NCBI GenBank assembly: GCA_030153785.1
Contig: JASKLF010000001.1
Coordinates: 54,353-118,352, forward strand
DNA from: a bacterium
Lineage (GTDB): Bacteria > Synergistota > GBS-1
Length of the DNA: 64,000 nucleotides
Direction of reading: 5' to 3'
This document shows, piece after piece, positions 18,813 through 28,146 of the stretch. The position numbers and the translations under genes are program-made. The number at the start of each line of letters is the position of its first letter. Positions within the stretch are counted from its first letter, which is position 1. The notes below the pieces were generated by a model, which saw nothing but the letters and a program-made list of their open reading frames with translations, had not been told where the DNA came from and did no database searches.

Positions 18813-20147
18813 TTAAAACATCTTGCTTGGCAACCACAGAATTATCTGGGGAAATGCTATACATAAAGCTAAGCCAACCATTATCAAGATTATAAACGGG
18901 ATAACTCCCCGAATTATGTGACCTGTCTCTATGCCCAGCTCTGGTGGTGCCGTGCCTTTTAAGAAAAATATGGCATAAGCGAAGGGAGGAGTTAAAAAGG
19001 ACATCTGAAGGTTAATACAAACCATCATCGCAAACCAAATGGGGTCAAAACCTAACTTCGTAGCGATAGGAGTCACTATAGGGACAAGAAGAAGAACTAT
19101 GCCCAGCCAGTCTATAAACATCCCAAGAAAGAAAAGTATAGCCATTATTACAATAAAAGCCCCCCACTTCCCACCAGGAGATTTCATTATCACATTAGCC
19201 ACAACTTCACCACATCCAGCTCTCAGAAAAACACCCACGAAAGCAGAAGCCATAGCCAATATGAGGAAGACCATCCCGCTTAAACGCACAGTATCAATAG
19301 CCACGCTTTTCAAAACTTCCCAGCTAAATCTACGATAGACTATCGCTAAGATGGTGGCAGCGAATGCTCCAACAGCTGCCGCCTCCGTCGGAGCCGCTAT
19401 ACCAAAAAATATGCTACCAAGAACAGCTAAAATCAAAATGAGCGGAGGAAGCAAGGAAACGGAAAGCATCTTCATTTTCGTTGAAAAAGATATACCCGCT
19501 ATTTCCTCGGGAGGAACGGCCGGTCCCGCCTTCTTGTTTATCAAACAATAAATTAATATGTAAGCGCAATAAAGCAAAGATAAGAGGAAACCGGGGAAGA
19601 AAGCACCGAAAAAGAGCTTTCCTACGGAAACCCCAGCTGCAGGCCCATAGACTACGAGCATGATGCTTGGCGGAATCAGGATTCCCAAAGTTCCTGCGGC
19701 ACAAACGGTTCCACTCGCCAAAGCCTTATCATATCCCCTTTTAACCATGGGGCCAAGAGCAAGCAAAGCCAAAGCTGTAACAGAAGCAGCTATAACGCCC
19801 ACACAAGCAGCTAAAATAGTTCCCATCAACACGGTAGCTATGGCAAGTCCTCCGCGCAATCTGCCAAGCAAGATGTAAAGGGTCTCGAAGAGCTTCTCTG
19901 TTATCCCAGAACGCTCAAGCATGTTGCCCATAAACACAAAAAGAGGAACAGCAAGTAAGGTATAGTTGGTAATCTGAGCAAAAATGCGGCTATAATATAG
20001 CTCCATTGTACTTGGAAGACCGAAAACCAAGGTGCCGATAGCGAATCCCATAGTCCCTATTCCCAACGCAAAGGGAAAGCCTGTTAAAACCGAGAGAAAA
20101 ACCCCCGAAAACATTAAAACGGTAACAATTTCAGGCGTAAGATTCAT
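18813..20147 (-). CDS. dctM: TRAP transporter large permease (DctM)
   Basis: 444-aa polytopic membrane protein of the DctM family. Confidence 0.85.
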   Translation of the reverse strand: MNLTPEIVTVLMFSGVFLSVLTGFPFALGIGTMGFAIGTLVFGLPSTMELYYSRIFAQITNYTLLAVPLFVFMGNMLERSGITEKLFETLYILLGRLRGGLAIATVLMGTILAACVGVIAASVTALALLALGPMVKRGYDKALASGTVCAAGTLGILIPPSIMLVVYGPAAGVSVGKLFFGAFFPGFLLSLLYCAYILIYCLINKKAGPAVPPEEIAGISFSTKMKMLSVSLLPPLILILAVLGSIFFGIAAPTEAAAVGAFAATILAIVYRRFSWEVLKSVAIDTVRLSGMVFLILAMASAFVGVFLRAGCGEVVANVIMKSPGGKWGAFIVIMAILFFLGMFIDWLGIVLLLVPIVTPIATKLGFDPIWFAMMVCINLQMSFLTPPFAYAIFFLKGTAPPELGIETGHIIRGVIPFIILIMVGLALCIAFPQIILWLPSKMF

Positions 20148-20662
20148 AGGCGATCACCCTTTATCACATAGTAGACATTCCGAATAAAAAAGTTTACTCC
20201 TTGCAATAAAAACAGCAAGAAACCTATAAAAACGATGGTTCTTAAAGGATAGAGGGGAGGATAAACATAGGTTGTAGCAGAAGTCTCTTTAATAGAGATA
20301 GAAAAAAGCATCCACGAATAAGAAACACGAGTCATCGCCCCTATCAGAGGAAATAAAAATAAAAGAGCCCCAATTGCATCTATAAGAGCTCTACCGCGAG
20401 GAGAAAAACGACTATAAATAATGTCAACCCGCGTGTGAGCGTTATGAAGCAGAACATATCCCCACGAAAGAACATACATCGCTGCTCCTGTCATAACTAT
20501 AAGTTCATACTCCCATGCCGTCGACTGATGAAGCAGATACCTTCGAACAACTCCCACAACCCCAATTAACACCATTGCAACCGCTAACCATCTTGTCCAC
20601 ACACCCACCCGTTCATTCACAAGGTCAATTAGATTTAAAAGCTTAACCACAGAAAAAGCCAC
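20144..20662 (-). CDS. dctQ: TRAP transporter small permease (DctQ)
   Basis: 172 aa with 4 TM segments. Overlaps the dctM start by 4 nt. Confidence 0.8.
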   Translation of the reverse strand: MAFSVVKLLNLIDLVNERVGVWTRWLAVAMVLIGVVGVVRRYLLHQSTAWEYELIVMTGAAMYVLSWGYVLLHNAHTRVDIIYSRFSPRGRALIDAIGALLFLFPLIGAMTRVSYSWMLFSISIKETSATTYVYPPLYPLRTIVFIGFLLFLLQGVNFFIRNVYYVIKGDRL

Positions 20663-20780
20663 CCCCTCTTTCTAAAAGCCTGGCATACTTCGCTAATAAT
20701 AAAAGCCTTTCCACTTTTCATTATACACTTACAGAAAACATATAGTCAAGGTAAAACAAGCTTTGATGTAAAATCTTTTT

Positions 20781-20789
20781 TGCTATAAT
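20781..20789 (+). promoter_or_regulatory. Extended -10 promoter element (TGcTATAAT) for the KaiC-like gene
   Basis: TGnTATAAT lies about 22 nt upstream of the TTG start and GGGGAGGG RBS. A weak TTGATG -35 is present at a 15-nt spacing. A divergent TGTATAAT for dctQ is at about 20726-20735. Confidence 0.5.
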
Positions 20790-20811
20790 ATTAAATGGGG
20801 AGGGAATCGAA

Positions 20812-21669
20812 TTGAGAGAAAGCAAAGCCGTGGAAAAAGCAATATCCTTAATATCAGAACTTAAAGAAAAGGCACCAAAGTTATTTGGCATATCGACGGG
20901 GGTAGAAGGGCTGGACGATCTGTTCTTCACCGTAGAATTGAAAGACGGAAAAGCAATTAAAAAGCCCCTTGGAGGATATCCTTTTAGAGCAGTCATTAAC
21001 CTAACTGGAATGCCGGATACGGGAAAATCCTTGATGGCAGAACAATTCGCCGTAAAACAAGCGTCGTTAGGATATCCTTCCTGCTTTGTAACGGTTGAAA
21101 CCCCTGCTCCCTTTTTAATTCAGGGAATAAAAATGAGAGCTAACGCGATGGGAATAAAATGGGAGGAGATAGAAGAAAAAATTGTGGTCATAGATGCAGC
21201 TACATATGAAATATTGAGAGAAGATCTTCCAAGCCTTCTTAAGACAATTGAAAAAGCCATAGAAGACTATGAAGTTAAGTCAGTGATAATAGACTCCATA
21301 ACAGGACTTTATGAAGCAAGAGAGATGTTAGCTAGAACCATCGTAAGGGAAGTTTTCAACTTCCTTAAAACGCATGGGCAAACTGGACTGCTAATAAGCC
21401 AAAAGAGAAGTAGCCATGAAGCTGAATCAGCAGAGGCAGCAGGAGGCTATGCAGTAAGCCACATATGTGATGTCAACATGGTGACAGCGAAGAAGGTTAT
21501 CCAAACCCAAAGAGATGAAAAAATATTTAAGAAGCCGGTAGGAACCCTCGTTAGAACCTTTAGGATAGATGGTTCAAGGATGTGTGGTCACGATACAGAC
21601 ACGCACATCCTCGAAATAACGGAATTGGGTTTGGTTAAGATAGGTCCCAAGATTATGGAAATAGAATGA
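20812..21669 (+). CDS. KaiC/RadA-like RecA-superfamily ATPase (COG0467-type), single domain
   Basis: Walker A GMPDTGKS; the ISTGVEGLDDL motif typical of KaiC/RadA N-termini with a 13-aa insertion; Walker B-like VIIDSI. Confidence 0.75.
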   Translation: MRESKAVEKAISLISELKEKAPKLFGISTGVEGLDDLFFTVELKDGKAIKKPLGGYPFRAVINLTGMPDTGKSLMAEQFAVKQASLGYPSCFVTVETPAPFLIQGIKMRANAMGIKWEEIEEKIVVIDAATYEILREDLPSLLKTIEKAIEDYEVKSVIIDSITGLYEAREMLARTIVREVFNFLKTHGQTGLLISQKRSSHEAESAEAAGGYAVSHICDVNMVTAKKVIQTQRDEKIFKKPVGTLVRTFRIDGSRMCGHDTDTHILEITELGLVKIGPKIMEIE

Positions 21670-21685
21670 AAGGAGGGGGACCAAC

Positions 21686-22045
21686 GTGGTAGAGGTTATC
21701 AAACCCCACGAGGAAAATTATGATGAACTTGCCTTACTAACCTTTGCCAACGTTATAAAAGAGCTCGGCGGACCTAAGAAAATGATCCAGTATAGACAGT
21801 TAACGTGGCTTCCCAGTCTAATGGAGGCGTGTTATGTAATTGTCCTGCACGAGAAAGGGAAAAAGACGGCCGACGAGATTGCCTCTGCCTTAGGAATAAC
21901 AAAGGAAACAGTCAAAAGAATATTAGCCTCCGATCCAGAAGCGGTCAAGAAGAAAATCGAAGGGGAAGAAAAAGAAATAAGCGCCCATGTTGCAGGCGGG
22001 TTAGCAAAGCTCGCATGGGAAAACTTAAAAACTCAACGCCTGTAA
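21686..22045 (+). CDS. Small hypothetical protein with a predicted HTH, partner of the KaiC-like ATPase
   Basis: 119 aa, GTG start with a GGAGGGGG RBS 16 nt after the upstream stop. TADEIASALGITKETVKRIL resembles a helix-turn-helix. The 3' end overlaps the trkH stop. Confidence 0.5.
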   Translation: MVEVIKPHEENYDELALLTFANVIKELGGPKKMIQYRQLTWLPSLMEACYVIVLHEKGKKTADEIASALGITKETVKRILASDPEAVKKKIEGEEKEISAHVAGGLAKLAWENLKTQRL

Positions 22046-23475
22046 GTCTCGGGCAGAAGTATTAGCAGAATGGCATAAAGCTCCAACCTTCCAGCCACCA
22101 TACAAAAGCTCAGTACCCATTTTGCAAGAGGATTAAAGAATGCATAGTTTTCCACAGGTCCCACCCTTCCCAAACCGGGTCCTATACCTCCCAAAGTAGC
22201 TGCAACAGAAGCAATAGAGGTAATTATATCATATCCCATAGCAGATATTATAAGAGAAGCGAAAACGAAAATAATCATATAAATCATAAAGAAGTGCAAA
22301 ACTGAGCTAAGCAAAGAAGGATGAAGAGGCTTACCATTAAGTTTAATGGAAATAACTGCCTCAGGATGAACCAACCTATAAAGCTCTCTTTTCAAGGCTT
22401 TTATTAAAATGAGTATCCTGACATGTTTTATCGCACCACCAGTAGAGCCTGCACAACCCCCGATGAACATGAGAATGAGTAAAAAGTATTGGGCAAAAGG
22501 AGGCCACAAAGAGTAGTCGGTAGTAACATACCCCGTAGTCGTCAGTATAGAAACCACTTGAAATGAAGCATATCTAAGAGAGCTACCAAAGGATGGATAC
22601 GTACCTGCAAAAAATAGACACAGACTCACAAGGACAACCCCCATCATTACAAAAAAGGTGTAGAACTTAAACTCTTCATCCTTAAAGAAAGTCTTAACAT
22701 CCCCCTTTAAAGCACGGTAATGAAGAGCAAAATTTGCACCTGCTATAAACATGAAAACGATTATAACTATTTCGAAATAAAGATTATTATATTGCCCTAT
22801 ACTCTTGTTTAAAGGGGAAAAACCTCCAGTAGCAACCGTTCCAAAGGTATGACATAACGCCTCATACAAGCTCATGCCTCCTAAATAAAGCAAAATAGCC
22901 TCTACCGCCGAAACTATAAAGTAAACCTGCCATAATATTTTTGCCGTTTCTCTAATTCTGGGTTTGATCTTTTCAGCAACTACTCCGGGGACTTCCGCCT
23001 TAAAAAGGTGCATACCGCCAACCCCAAGAGCAGGAAGAATGGCTAAAGAAAGAACTATTATTCCCATACCCCCAAGCCAGTGGGTAAAATCGCGCCAAAA
23101 AAGTATCCCCTTTGGGAGAGACTCTATGTCCCTGAGAATACTCGCCCCCGTAGCTGTAAAACCTGACATAGCCTCAAAAAAGCAATCCACATAACTTTCA
23201 AAAAAACCGCTGAAGTAATAAGGAAGAGCTCCCAAAGCAGCACTACCTAACCAACCAAAAGCAACAACTCCAAATCCCTCTTTAGGAGTAAACTCTTCCC
23301 CCTTTTCCCCAATAAGGACAAAAAACTTACCTATGCCTATAGAAAACAGGATTGCTTTAATAAAAGGAAAAACACTTTCACCAAAATAATAAGCCCAGAA
23401 TAAAGAAGGGAACATTGATAATCCCAGAAAGAAGAAAAGCCAACCAATGGGATATGATATTACCCTAAAACGCAA
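22033..23475 (-). CDS. trkH: Trk/Ktr-type potassium uptake membrane subunit
   Basis: 480-aa polytopic protein of the TrkH/KtrB family. Immediately follows trkA. Confidence 0.85.
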   Translation of the reverse strand: MRFRVISYPIGWLFFFLGLSMFPSLFWAYYFGESVFPFIKAILFSIGIGKFFVLIGEKGEEFTPKEGFGVVAFGWLGSAALGALPYYFSGFFESYVDCFFEAMSGFTATGASILRDIESLPKGILFWRDFTHWLGGMGIIVLSLAILPALGVGGMHLFKAEVPGVVAEKIKPRIRETAKILWQVYFIVSAVEAILLYLGGMSLYEALCHTFGTVATGGFSPLNKSIGQYNNLYFEIVIIVFMFIAGANFALHYRALKGDVKTFFKDEEFKFYTFFVMMGVVLVSLCLFFAGTYPSFGSSLRYASFQVVSILTTTGYVTTDYSLWPPFAQYFLLILMFIGGCAGSTGGAIKHVRILILIKALKRELYRLVHPEAVISIKLNGKPLHPSLLSSVLHFFMIYMIIFVFASLIISAMGYDIITSIASVAATLGGIGPGLGRVGPVENYAFFNPLAKWVLSFCMVAGRLELYAILLILLPETYRR

Positions 23476-24834
23476 TTAGCCTCCCCCTTCAGCCGAAAAC
23501 CATTTAGGAATTTCCTTCAACATTTCTCCCATTAAGAAGACTATTGCCTCATCCCCTTCTTTAAGCTGTGTATCACCCCTAGGAATTATCACTTCCCCAT
23601 TTCTAACGATTGCGCCTACAAGAAAACCTTTGGGGAGTAGGAGGTCTCGCAACCTCCCTTCTGTAATCTTAGAACCTTTAGCAACCATAACATCAACTAC
23701 CCTTGCATTCGCTTCTTCTAATAGAGCTATTGACAGGATATCTTCTCGCCAGACGTGTTTAAGTATGGTACTTGCTGTTGCAAGTCTCGGATTAACCACG
23801 GCATCTACTTTTTCAAGGTAGTCTACAAGTTTGACATAATCGGATTTTTTAACCAATGCTATGCCTTTCTTGGCCCCCTGGCTCTTAGCAAGGAAAACCG
23901 AAAGTAGGTTCACCTCATCGTTCTGTGTTAGAGAGACAAAACCATCCACATCCGAAACTCCCTCTTTTTTAAGCAAAGCTAAGTCAGTTCCATCTCCTTG
24001 AATAACCAAGCTTGAAGAAAGTGAATCGGCAAGGACTCCACACCTTTCAGGACTTTTGCTTATTATCTTAATATTCGAAAAGCCAGCACCCTCAAGCATC
24101 TTAGCAAGCCAATAGGTAGTTTCTCCTCCACCCACAAGCATTATCTTTTTGGGCCTTCTCCATTCAGCTCCAAGGTATATAGAAAGTCTGTATAAGTCTT
24201 CCTTTTTACCCACAACAAACAGTTTATCACCTGCCTCGATTTTATCCTGGCCATAGGGCACAAAAGCAGCACTTCCACGAAGAATGCCCACGACCAAAAA
24301 GATACCGTCTATCTCTTTGGAAAGTTCCAGCAAACTTTTACCAACAGCAGGAGCATCGTTGGGAACTCTCAAGAGATAAACCATAACTTTTCCACCAGCG
24401 AATTCAATTACTCGAGAAGCAGGGGGAACTTGAAGGAGGTGAAATATTTCGGAAGCCACAACTCTTGTAGGATTTATAATCAAATCTATCCCTATTTTAC
24501 GAGCAACCATACCTGTAGGCTCATCGTACCCCAGGGTTTGAACCCGTGCCACAACCTTTTTAACCCCAAGATGCTTAGCTATAAGGCAAGCCACTATATT
24601 AGTTTCATCACTATCTGTAACAGCTATTAGCATGTCAGCATCATTAATCCCAGATTCCTCAAGAGCAGAAAGCTGAGAGCCACTTCCGTGAACAACCATA
24701 ACATCTAATCTATCCTGAATTTCGGATATCCTTCTCTCATCCTTTTCTATCACAACTACATCATGGCCCTCTCCGGCAAGCACTTTAGCAATATTAAAAC
24801 CTACCTCACCAGCTCCCACTACTATAACCTTCAT
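23476..24834 (-). CDS. trkA: Trk system K+ uptake regulatory protein (tandem RCK_N/RCK_C)
   Basis: 452 aa with two Rossmann GxGxxG segments (VVGAGEVG, LVGGGETT) each followed by an RCK_C. Overlaps the glmM stop. Confidence 0.85.
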   Translation of the reverse strand: MKVIVVGAGEVGFNIAKVLAGEGHDVVVIEKDERRISEIQDRLDVMVVHGSGSQLSALEESGINDADMLIAVTDSDETNIVACLIAKHLGVKKVVARVQTLGYDEPTGMVARKIGIDLIINPTRVVASEIFHLLQVPPASRVIEFAGGKVMVYLLRVPNDAPAVGKSLLELSKEIDGIFLVVGILRGSAAFVPYGQDKIEAGDKLFVVGKKEDLYRLSIYLGAEWRRPKKIMLVGGGETTYWLAKMLEGAGFSNIKIISKSPERCGVLADSLSSSLVIQGDGTDLALLKKEGVSDVDGFVSLTQNDEVNLLSVFLAKSQGAKKGIALVKKSDYVKLVDYLEKVDAVVNPRLATASTILKHVWREDILSIALLEEANARVVDVMVAKGSKITEGRLRDLLLPKGFLVGAIVRNGEVIIPRGDTQLKEGDEAIVFLMGEMLKEIPKWFSAEGGG

Positions 24835-26144
24835 TCAGATGCCTCCTCATCTATAGAAGAAATAAGTTGGACCAATCTTAAGCCTATTTTATCCACAAGC
24901 ATAGGGTCTTTCCCCTCTACCATAACCCTAAATATTGGTTCCGTACCAGAAGGTCTGACAATTATTCTAAGTGTTTTTTGCCAGCTTTCCGATATTTTTT
25001 CAACCTCCTCCCTCAGTACAGCTGAAGAAGCAACCTTATTTTTATCTTTGACCTTGATATTCCAAACCCTTTGAGGATAACGGGGGAAACTATCTATATA
25101 GTATTCAACGCTCTCTCCAAAGCTCAATACTTTCAAAGCTGTAACCAAGCCATCACCCGTACATACTTCAGGCCTAAAAATTATATGGCCAGAAGGCTCA
25201 CCTCCTAACGGAAGCTCCCTCTTTTTTAACTCTTCATAGACCCATTTATCCCCTACAGGAACCCTTACGAAACCTATTTTCAGGGAAGACAAAACTTCCT
25301 CTAAACCAAGATTACTCATCACCGTGCCCACTACCGCCTTGGGCTTTAGTTTAGAAGCAGCCAAGTAAAGTATAACATCTCCATCAGCTATCATTCCTCG
25401 AGAATCGGAAACAACCACCCTGTCACCATCTCCGTCAAAAGCAAATCCTATGTAAGCTTCTTCCCTAACTACGGCGGAAACCATTTCTCCTGGAGATGTA
25501 GAACCTACACCAGCATTTATATTTATTCCGTCAGGGTCACAACCCACCTTTATAACTTCAGCGCCAAGACTCTCAAAAACCAAAGGAGCTATTTCAAAAA
25601 GAGCACCATTAGCACCGTCAACAACTACTTTTAAGCCATCAAGTTTTACACCCTGCGCAATTTTCAGAAGAAAAGGTAGGTAATATTCCTTTGGATCGAG
25701 CTTATATAGCTTGCCAATATATATTCCCGTTGGCAAGTCCCTATATTCATCAATTTTGCCCTCTATAACCGCTTCTTCCTCAGAAGAAAGCTTTTCTCCA
25801 AATCTGTTAAAAAATTTTACACCGTTATACTCATAAGGGTTATGGGAAGCAGAAACAACCGCCCCTCCATCCGCCTTAAGCTCTCTGACCAACAGAGATA
25901 TCCCTGGGGTAGATAACACACCTACATCAACCACATCACACCCAGAAGAAAGTATACCAGCTATAAGCGCAGAAACTAAGCTGTAACCACTTAAACGCGT
26001 ATCCCTTCCCACAACAACCAAGGGTCTCTCCTTTTCCTCTTTTAACCAAAAACCATAAGCTCTTCCAACCTTTAAAACAACCTCTGGCCTCATGTTTCCA
26101 GAATTGGCTACATCTCTTACTCCATCAGTTCCAAAAAGGCTCAT
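24831..26144 (-). CDS. glmM: Phosphoglucosamine mutase
   Basis: FGTDGVRD N-terminus and the SASHNPYEYNG active-site phosphoserine motif. Confidence 0.9.
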   Translation of the reverse strand: MSLFGTDGVRDVANSGNMRPEVVLKVGRAYGFWLKEEKERPLVVVGRDTRLSGYSLVSALIAGILSSGCDVVDVGVLSTPGISLLVRELKADGGAVVSASHNPYEYNGVKFFNRFGEKLSSEEEAVIEGKIDEYRDLPTGIYIGKLYKLDPKEYYLPFLLKIAQGVKLDGLKVVVDGANGALFEIAPLVFESLGAEVIKVGCDPDGININAGVGSTSPGEMVSAVVREEAYIGFAFDGDGDRVVVSDSRGMIADGDVILYLAASKLKPKAVVGTVMSNLGLEEVLSSLKIGFVRVPVGDKWVYEELKKRELPLGGEPSGHIIFRPEVCTGDGLVTALKVLSFGESVEYYIDSFPRYPQRVWNIKVKDKNKVASSAVLREEVEKISESWQKTLRIIVRPSGTEPIFRVMVEGKDPMLVDKIGLRLVQLISSIDEEASE

Positions 26145-26156
26145 GTCTTATCCCCC

Positions 26157-27356
26157 TCACTTAGCTGTATAAACCTTTACCATACTAGGAGTAACAGAAA
26201 CTATCTCCAAACCGGGAGGAACTGAAACAGATACAGGAAGAATTGCTTCTTTCGTCTCCACCCCAGAAACATCTATGAAAACCCCAATATCTTGGATATT
26301 AAGGGAAGTTATCTTCGTATAAGGCCCCTTTAATCGAAGCTTGATTTGCTTTGGAGAAATATTCCACTTCAAAAACACGCTACTTCCACGAATAGTAACA
26401 GGAACAAGGAATTCTCTTTCAAGAACCTTTTCTTTAAGTTCCACTATAACTTTCACGTTAGAATTATCGACCAGTCTCACTCCTTCAGGAGGTTCAATTG
26501 AAAGTTCAAGAATGCTGGTTCGATCAAGCTCTGAAACATCAACTGGAGAAGTAACTATCTCATTTATTTTCTCTAATACAGACGAAGGCCCCATTATGGT
26601 AACATGAGAAGGAACCGCTTCAACGGAAATAAGATCAAAAGCTTCCTTGGGCTTTCCTTTTATATCAACCTTGACTTTAACGATCTTCGTAGGCCACCCA
26701 GGCTTTAAAGCGAGGGAAACTCTAACTCGCGAAGGAATTATGGTTATCTCGGGAAAAGATGTTTCCGAAATACCTTCCGCCCTTAGTTCCAAAGCAACAT
26801 TTACATCTTTATCAACACCTGCAACATTCAAAGTGGCAAAAACATAAGGGATTTTCTCAACCAAATCCTTGGGCCCTCTAACAACCGCCTTGTTCGGTAC
26901 TATTCTTATCTCGTCTATTAAAAAGCCTTCACTAGGGTTCCCCACAGTTAAAACTCTGACAGGAACTTCTTTATCCACAAGCTCTTCTATAGATATCGCC
27001 AAGAAAGAAGGTCTAACAGCTAAAACGTTAACTCCAGGCGGAACTAAAGTCTGAACCTTAAGTCTATAAACCCCCGGGTTTAACCCTTGAAGGTCTACGA
27101 ATGCTTCAACATCCTTAGATGTCAAACTACCTACCACGTTTTTACTACCTTTCAACCTCACCTCTACACTACTTTCATTATACTCAACCATAACCCTTTC
27201 GGGGGCGTTTTTCACTTTCACAGGGACTTCGATTATTCTTTCAACCACCTGAGGGCCTTCAAGCCAAACAGTATAGTACCAAAACACAATGGAAATCAAT
27301 AAAGACACAATCGCTAAGAAGAGCTTGCTTTCGAGTATTTTCCATATGACCCTCAC
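26157..27356 (-). CDS. cdaR: YbbR-domain protein, CdaA regulator
   Basis: 399 aa with an N-terminal TM then YbbR-like repeats. Conserved position between cdaA and glmM. Confidence 0.75.
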   Translation of the reverse strand: MRVIWKILESKLFLAIVSLLISIVFWYYTVWLEGPQVVERIIEVPVKVKNAPERVMVEYNESSVEVRLKGSKNVVGSLTSKDVEAFVDLQGLNPGVYRLKVQTLVPPGVNVLAVRPSFLAISIEELVDKEVPVRVLTVGNPSEGFLIDEIRIVPNKAVVRGPKDLVEKIPYVFATLNVAGVDKDVNVALELRAEGISETSFPEITIIPSRVRVSLALKPGWPTKIVKVKVDIKGKPKEAFDLISVEAVPSHVTIMGPSSVLEKINEIVTSPVDVSELDRTSILELSIEPPEGVRLVDNSNVKVIVELKEKVLEREFLVPVTIRGSSVFLKWNISPKQIKLRLKGPYTKITSLNIQDIGVFIDVSGVETKEAILPVSVSVPPGLEIVSVTPSMVKVYTAK

Positions 27357-27357
27357 T

Positions 27358-28146
27358 CTATTCCCCCCTCATCCAGCTTAACAATTTATTCATGAGACCG
27401 TTTTTCTGCCTGACGAAATAATACCTTTCTAAAACCCTTCTTAGCGCTTCTTCATTAAGGTCTCTCACTAATCTTCCGTTAACGGCAAAAGAAACTTCCC
27501 CTCTTTCCTCTGATACAACAATAACCCAAGCATCGGTTACCTCACTCAATCCAACAGCAGCCCTGTGTCTCGTCCCTAAACGTCTATCCATATCTCTATC
27601 GGAAAGCGGGAAAAAGCAACTTGCAGCCAAAATTTTATCCTCCTTGATGATAACGCCACCATCATGAAGCGGACTTTTAGGGTTAAATATCGACAAAATA
27701 AGTTCGGCAGAAACCTCGGCATTTAGCTTAACGCCCTTCTCTTGGAAATCCTTTAAACTACTTTTTCTTTCAAGAGCAATTATAGCACCGGTTTTAGTCT
27801 CTTTAAGAGAAGTTATCGCAACAAAGAGCTCGCTTACAATCTGTGCCCCCTTTTTGGAAGAAAGGACACCTCTTTCCCAGAAACCACCCCCCAATTCCTC
27901 AAGGCCTCTTCTAAGCTCTGGCTGAAAAACAATAGGAATGACAATGAAAGACAGATTTATAACTCTTTCAAGGAAATAACTTATAGCCTGAAGCCCTAAA
28001 AATTTGGCTAAACCATTTAGTAACAAAATTAAAAGCAATCCCTTCACAAGCTGAAAGGCCCTCGTCCCTCTAAGAAATAACAAAACCCTGTAGATAACGT
28101 AAGATATTATCAATATATCTGCAATATCTTGCCACCTAAGAATCAT
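27358..28146 (-). CDS. cdaA: Diadenylate cyclase (c-di-AMP synthase)
   Basis: N-terminal TM helices plus a DAC domain carrying the DGA and RHRAA motifs (HDGGVII, GTRHRAA). Confidence 0.9.
   Translation of the reverse strand: MILRWQDIADILIISYVIYRVLLFLRGTRAFQLVKGLLLILLLNGLAKFLGLQAISYFLERVINLSFIVIPIVFQPELRRGLEELGGGFWERGVLSSKKGAQIVSELFVAITSLKETKTGAIIALERKSSLKDFQEKGVKLNAEVSAELILSIFNPKSPLHDGGVIIKEDKILAASCFFPLSDRDMDRRLGTRHRAAVGLSEVTDAWVIVVSEERGEVSFAVNGRLVRDLNEEALRRVLERYYFVRQKNGLMNKLLSWMRGE

Noticed and set aside
21686-22045. KaiB-like identity for the small partner of the KaiC-like ATPase
   Set aside because: The sequence shows none of the thioredoxin-like KaiB hallmarks that I can recognise. It looks instead like a small alpha-helical HTH protein, so it is left as hypothetical.
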